Below are positions 55,775-56,758 of a stretch of DNA of 56,758 bases, one piece after another. The notes under the pieces are model-generated. The model saw only the letters and a list, made by a program, of their open reading frames with translations. It did not search any database and was not told the origin of the DNA. This DNA comes from Clostridia bacterium. GTDB taxonomy: Bacteria > Bacillota > Clostridia > Christensenellales > Borkfalkiaceae. Numbering within the stretch: the stretch's first letter is position 1; each line of letters begins with the position of its first letter. A program made the position numbers and the translations under genes. The stretch is from positions 1 to 56,758 of the forward strand of contig JAAUYT010000021.1 of assembly GCA_014804975.1 (NCBI GenBank). The letters run 5' to 3'.

Positions 55775-56755
55775 ATGGAAAACAACAAAAGACCCGAGAG
55801 CATGGAACGCATTAACAGCGACAAGCTTGCAAAGGCGTTTATCGACGAACAGGTAGCGCTCGTCAAAAAGCAGGTCGGAAATAAAAAGGTTCTGCTTGCT
55901 TTAAGCGGCGGCGTGGACTCTTCCGTCGTGGCGGCGCTCTTAATTAAGGCAATCGGCAAAAACCTCGTGTGCGTGCACGTCAATCACGGACTTTTGAGAA
56001 AGGGCGAACCCGAACAGGTCGTCGAGGTGTTCCGCAATCAGATGAACGCAAACCTTATTTACGTGGACGCGGTAGACCGTTTCCTCGATAAGCTTGCAGG
56101 AGTTGCGGAGCCCGAAAAGAAGCGTAAGATCATCGGCGCGGAATTCATTCGCGTATTCGAAGAGGAAGCGAGAAAGCAGGAGGGGATCGAGTTCCTTGCG
56201 CAGGGCACGATCTATCCCGACATTATCGAGAGTGACGGCGTGAAGGCGCATCACAACGTGGGGGGACTTCCCGAGGACTTGAAATTCGAGCTCGTAGAGC
56301 CCTTGAAGTTCCTCTATAAAGACGAAGTGCGCGTCGTAGGCAAGGCGTTGGGACTTCCCGATGGCATGGTATACCGTCAACCCTTCCCCGGACCGGGGCT
56401 CGGCGTAAGATGCCTTGGCGCGATCACCCGCGACCGTCTTGAAATCGTGCGCGAGTCGGACGCGATTTTAAGAGAAGAATTTGCAAAGAACGGGTTGGAG
56501 GGCAAGGTTTGGCAGTACTTTACGGCAGTGCCCGATTTCCGTTCGGTGGGCGTTAAGAACGGCAAGCGTACCTTTGCTTACCCCGTAATTCTTCGCGCAG
56601 TCAACACAAAGGACGCTATGACGGCAACCGTTGAAAACGTTCCCTTCGAGCTTTTACAGCATATCACGAATCGCATCACGAACGAGGTGGAGGGAGTAAA
56701 CCGTGTTCTCTACGACTTGACCCCCAAGCCCTGCGGAACGATTGAATGGGAGTAA
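55775..56755 (+). CDS. Stand-alone GMP synthase ATP-pyrophosphatase plus dimerisation domains (no amidotransferase domain)
   Basis: GGAGGA RBS. 326 aa colinear with residues about 195-519 of the upstream GuaA. PP-loop [26 protein letters not shown] and C-terminal IEWE all present. Confidence 0.85.
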   Translation: MENNKRPESMERINSDKLAKAFIDEQVALVKKQVGNKKVLLALSGGVDSSVVAALLIKAIGKNLVCVHVNHGLLRKGEPEQVVEVFRNQMNANLIYVDAVDRFLDKLAGVAEPEKKRKIIGAEFIRVFEEEARKQEGIEFLAQGTIYPDIIESDGVKAHHNVGGLPEDLKFELVEPLKFLYKDEVRVVGKALGLPDGMVYRQPFPGPGLGVRCLGAITRDRLEIVRESDAILREEFAKNGLEGKVWQYFTAVPDFRSVGVKNGKRTFAYPVILRAVNTKDAMTATVENVPFELLQHITNRITNEVEGVNRVLYDLTPKPCGTIEWE

Positions 56756-56758
56756 AGG

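Overview
This 56.8-kb window is compact, mostly co-directional core chromosome. It looks like an anaerobic Bacillota/Clostridia-type bacterium. That is an inference from the trimeric [FeFe]-hydrogenase HydABC, Rrf2-NifS-NifU, prs-pth-mfd and lepA-hemW synteny, Gram-positive-style Shine-Dalgarno sites and TGn-extended -10 promoters. I support about 50 protein-coding genes.

Gene order:
- der-plsY, malic enzyme, prs-pth-mfd, a giant PrsA-like lipoprotein, uppP.
- A small YjzC-like ORF, a C_GCAxxG_C_C protein, two unknown polytopic membrane proteins.
- Phosphohexomutase, an LRR protein, a degenerate C-N-hydrolase-like protein, gdhA.
- A tightly coupled mixed operon: Na/Pi transporter, GH51 arabinofuranosidase, lipoprotein serpin, SAM-MTase, RluA.
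- A 794-aa acidic surface protein, DUF378, feoAB, a second RluA, ArsR plus a Zn/Cd-type P1B-ATPase.
- Adenine deaminase-rdgB-yfcE.
- Minus strand: an LPG_synthase_TM protein, an EamA transporter and hydCBA.
- An HMA protein, iscR-nifS-nifU, GDPD, lepA-MGMT-hemW, three hypothetical envelope proteins.
- guaB-guaA, followed by a second, amidotransferase-less guaA paralog.

I found no rRNA or tRNA genes, CRISPR arrays, transposases, integrases, phage genes or recognisable defence or toxin modules. I cannot point to a clear-cut novel multi-gene system.

The features most worth a second look are:
- the tandem guaA / GATase-less guaA pair;
- the lipoprotein serpin embedded in a housekeeping operon;
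- a C-N hydrolase homolog that has lost all three catalytic residues, next to an LRR protein;
- the uncharacterised envelope proteins at 12.4-14.2 kb, 26.0-28.8 kb and 50.3-52.7 kb.

All functional calls come from motif and architecture recognition by eye. No database search was run.
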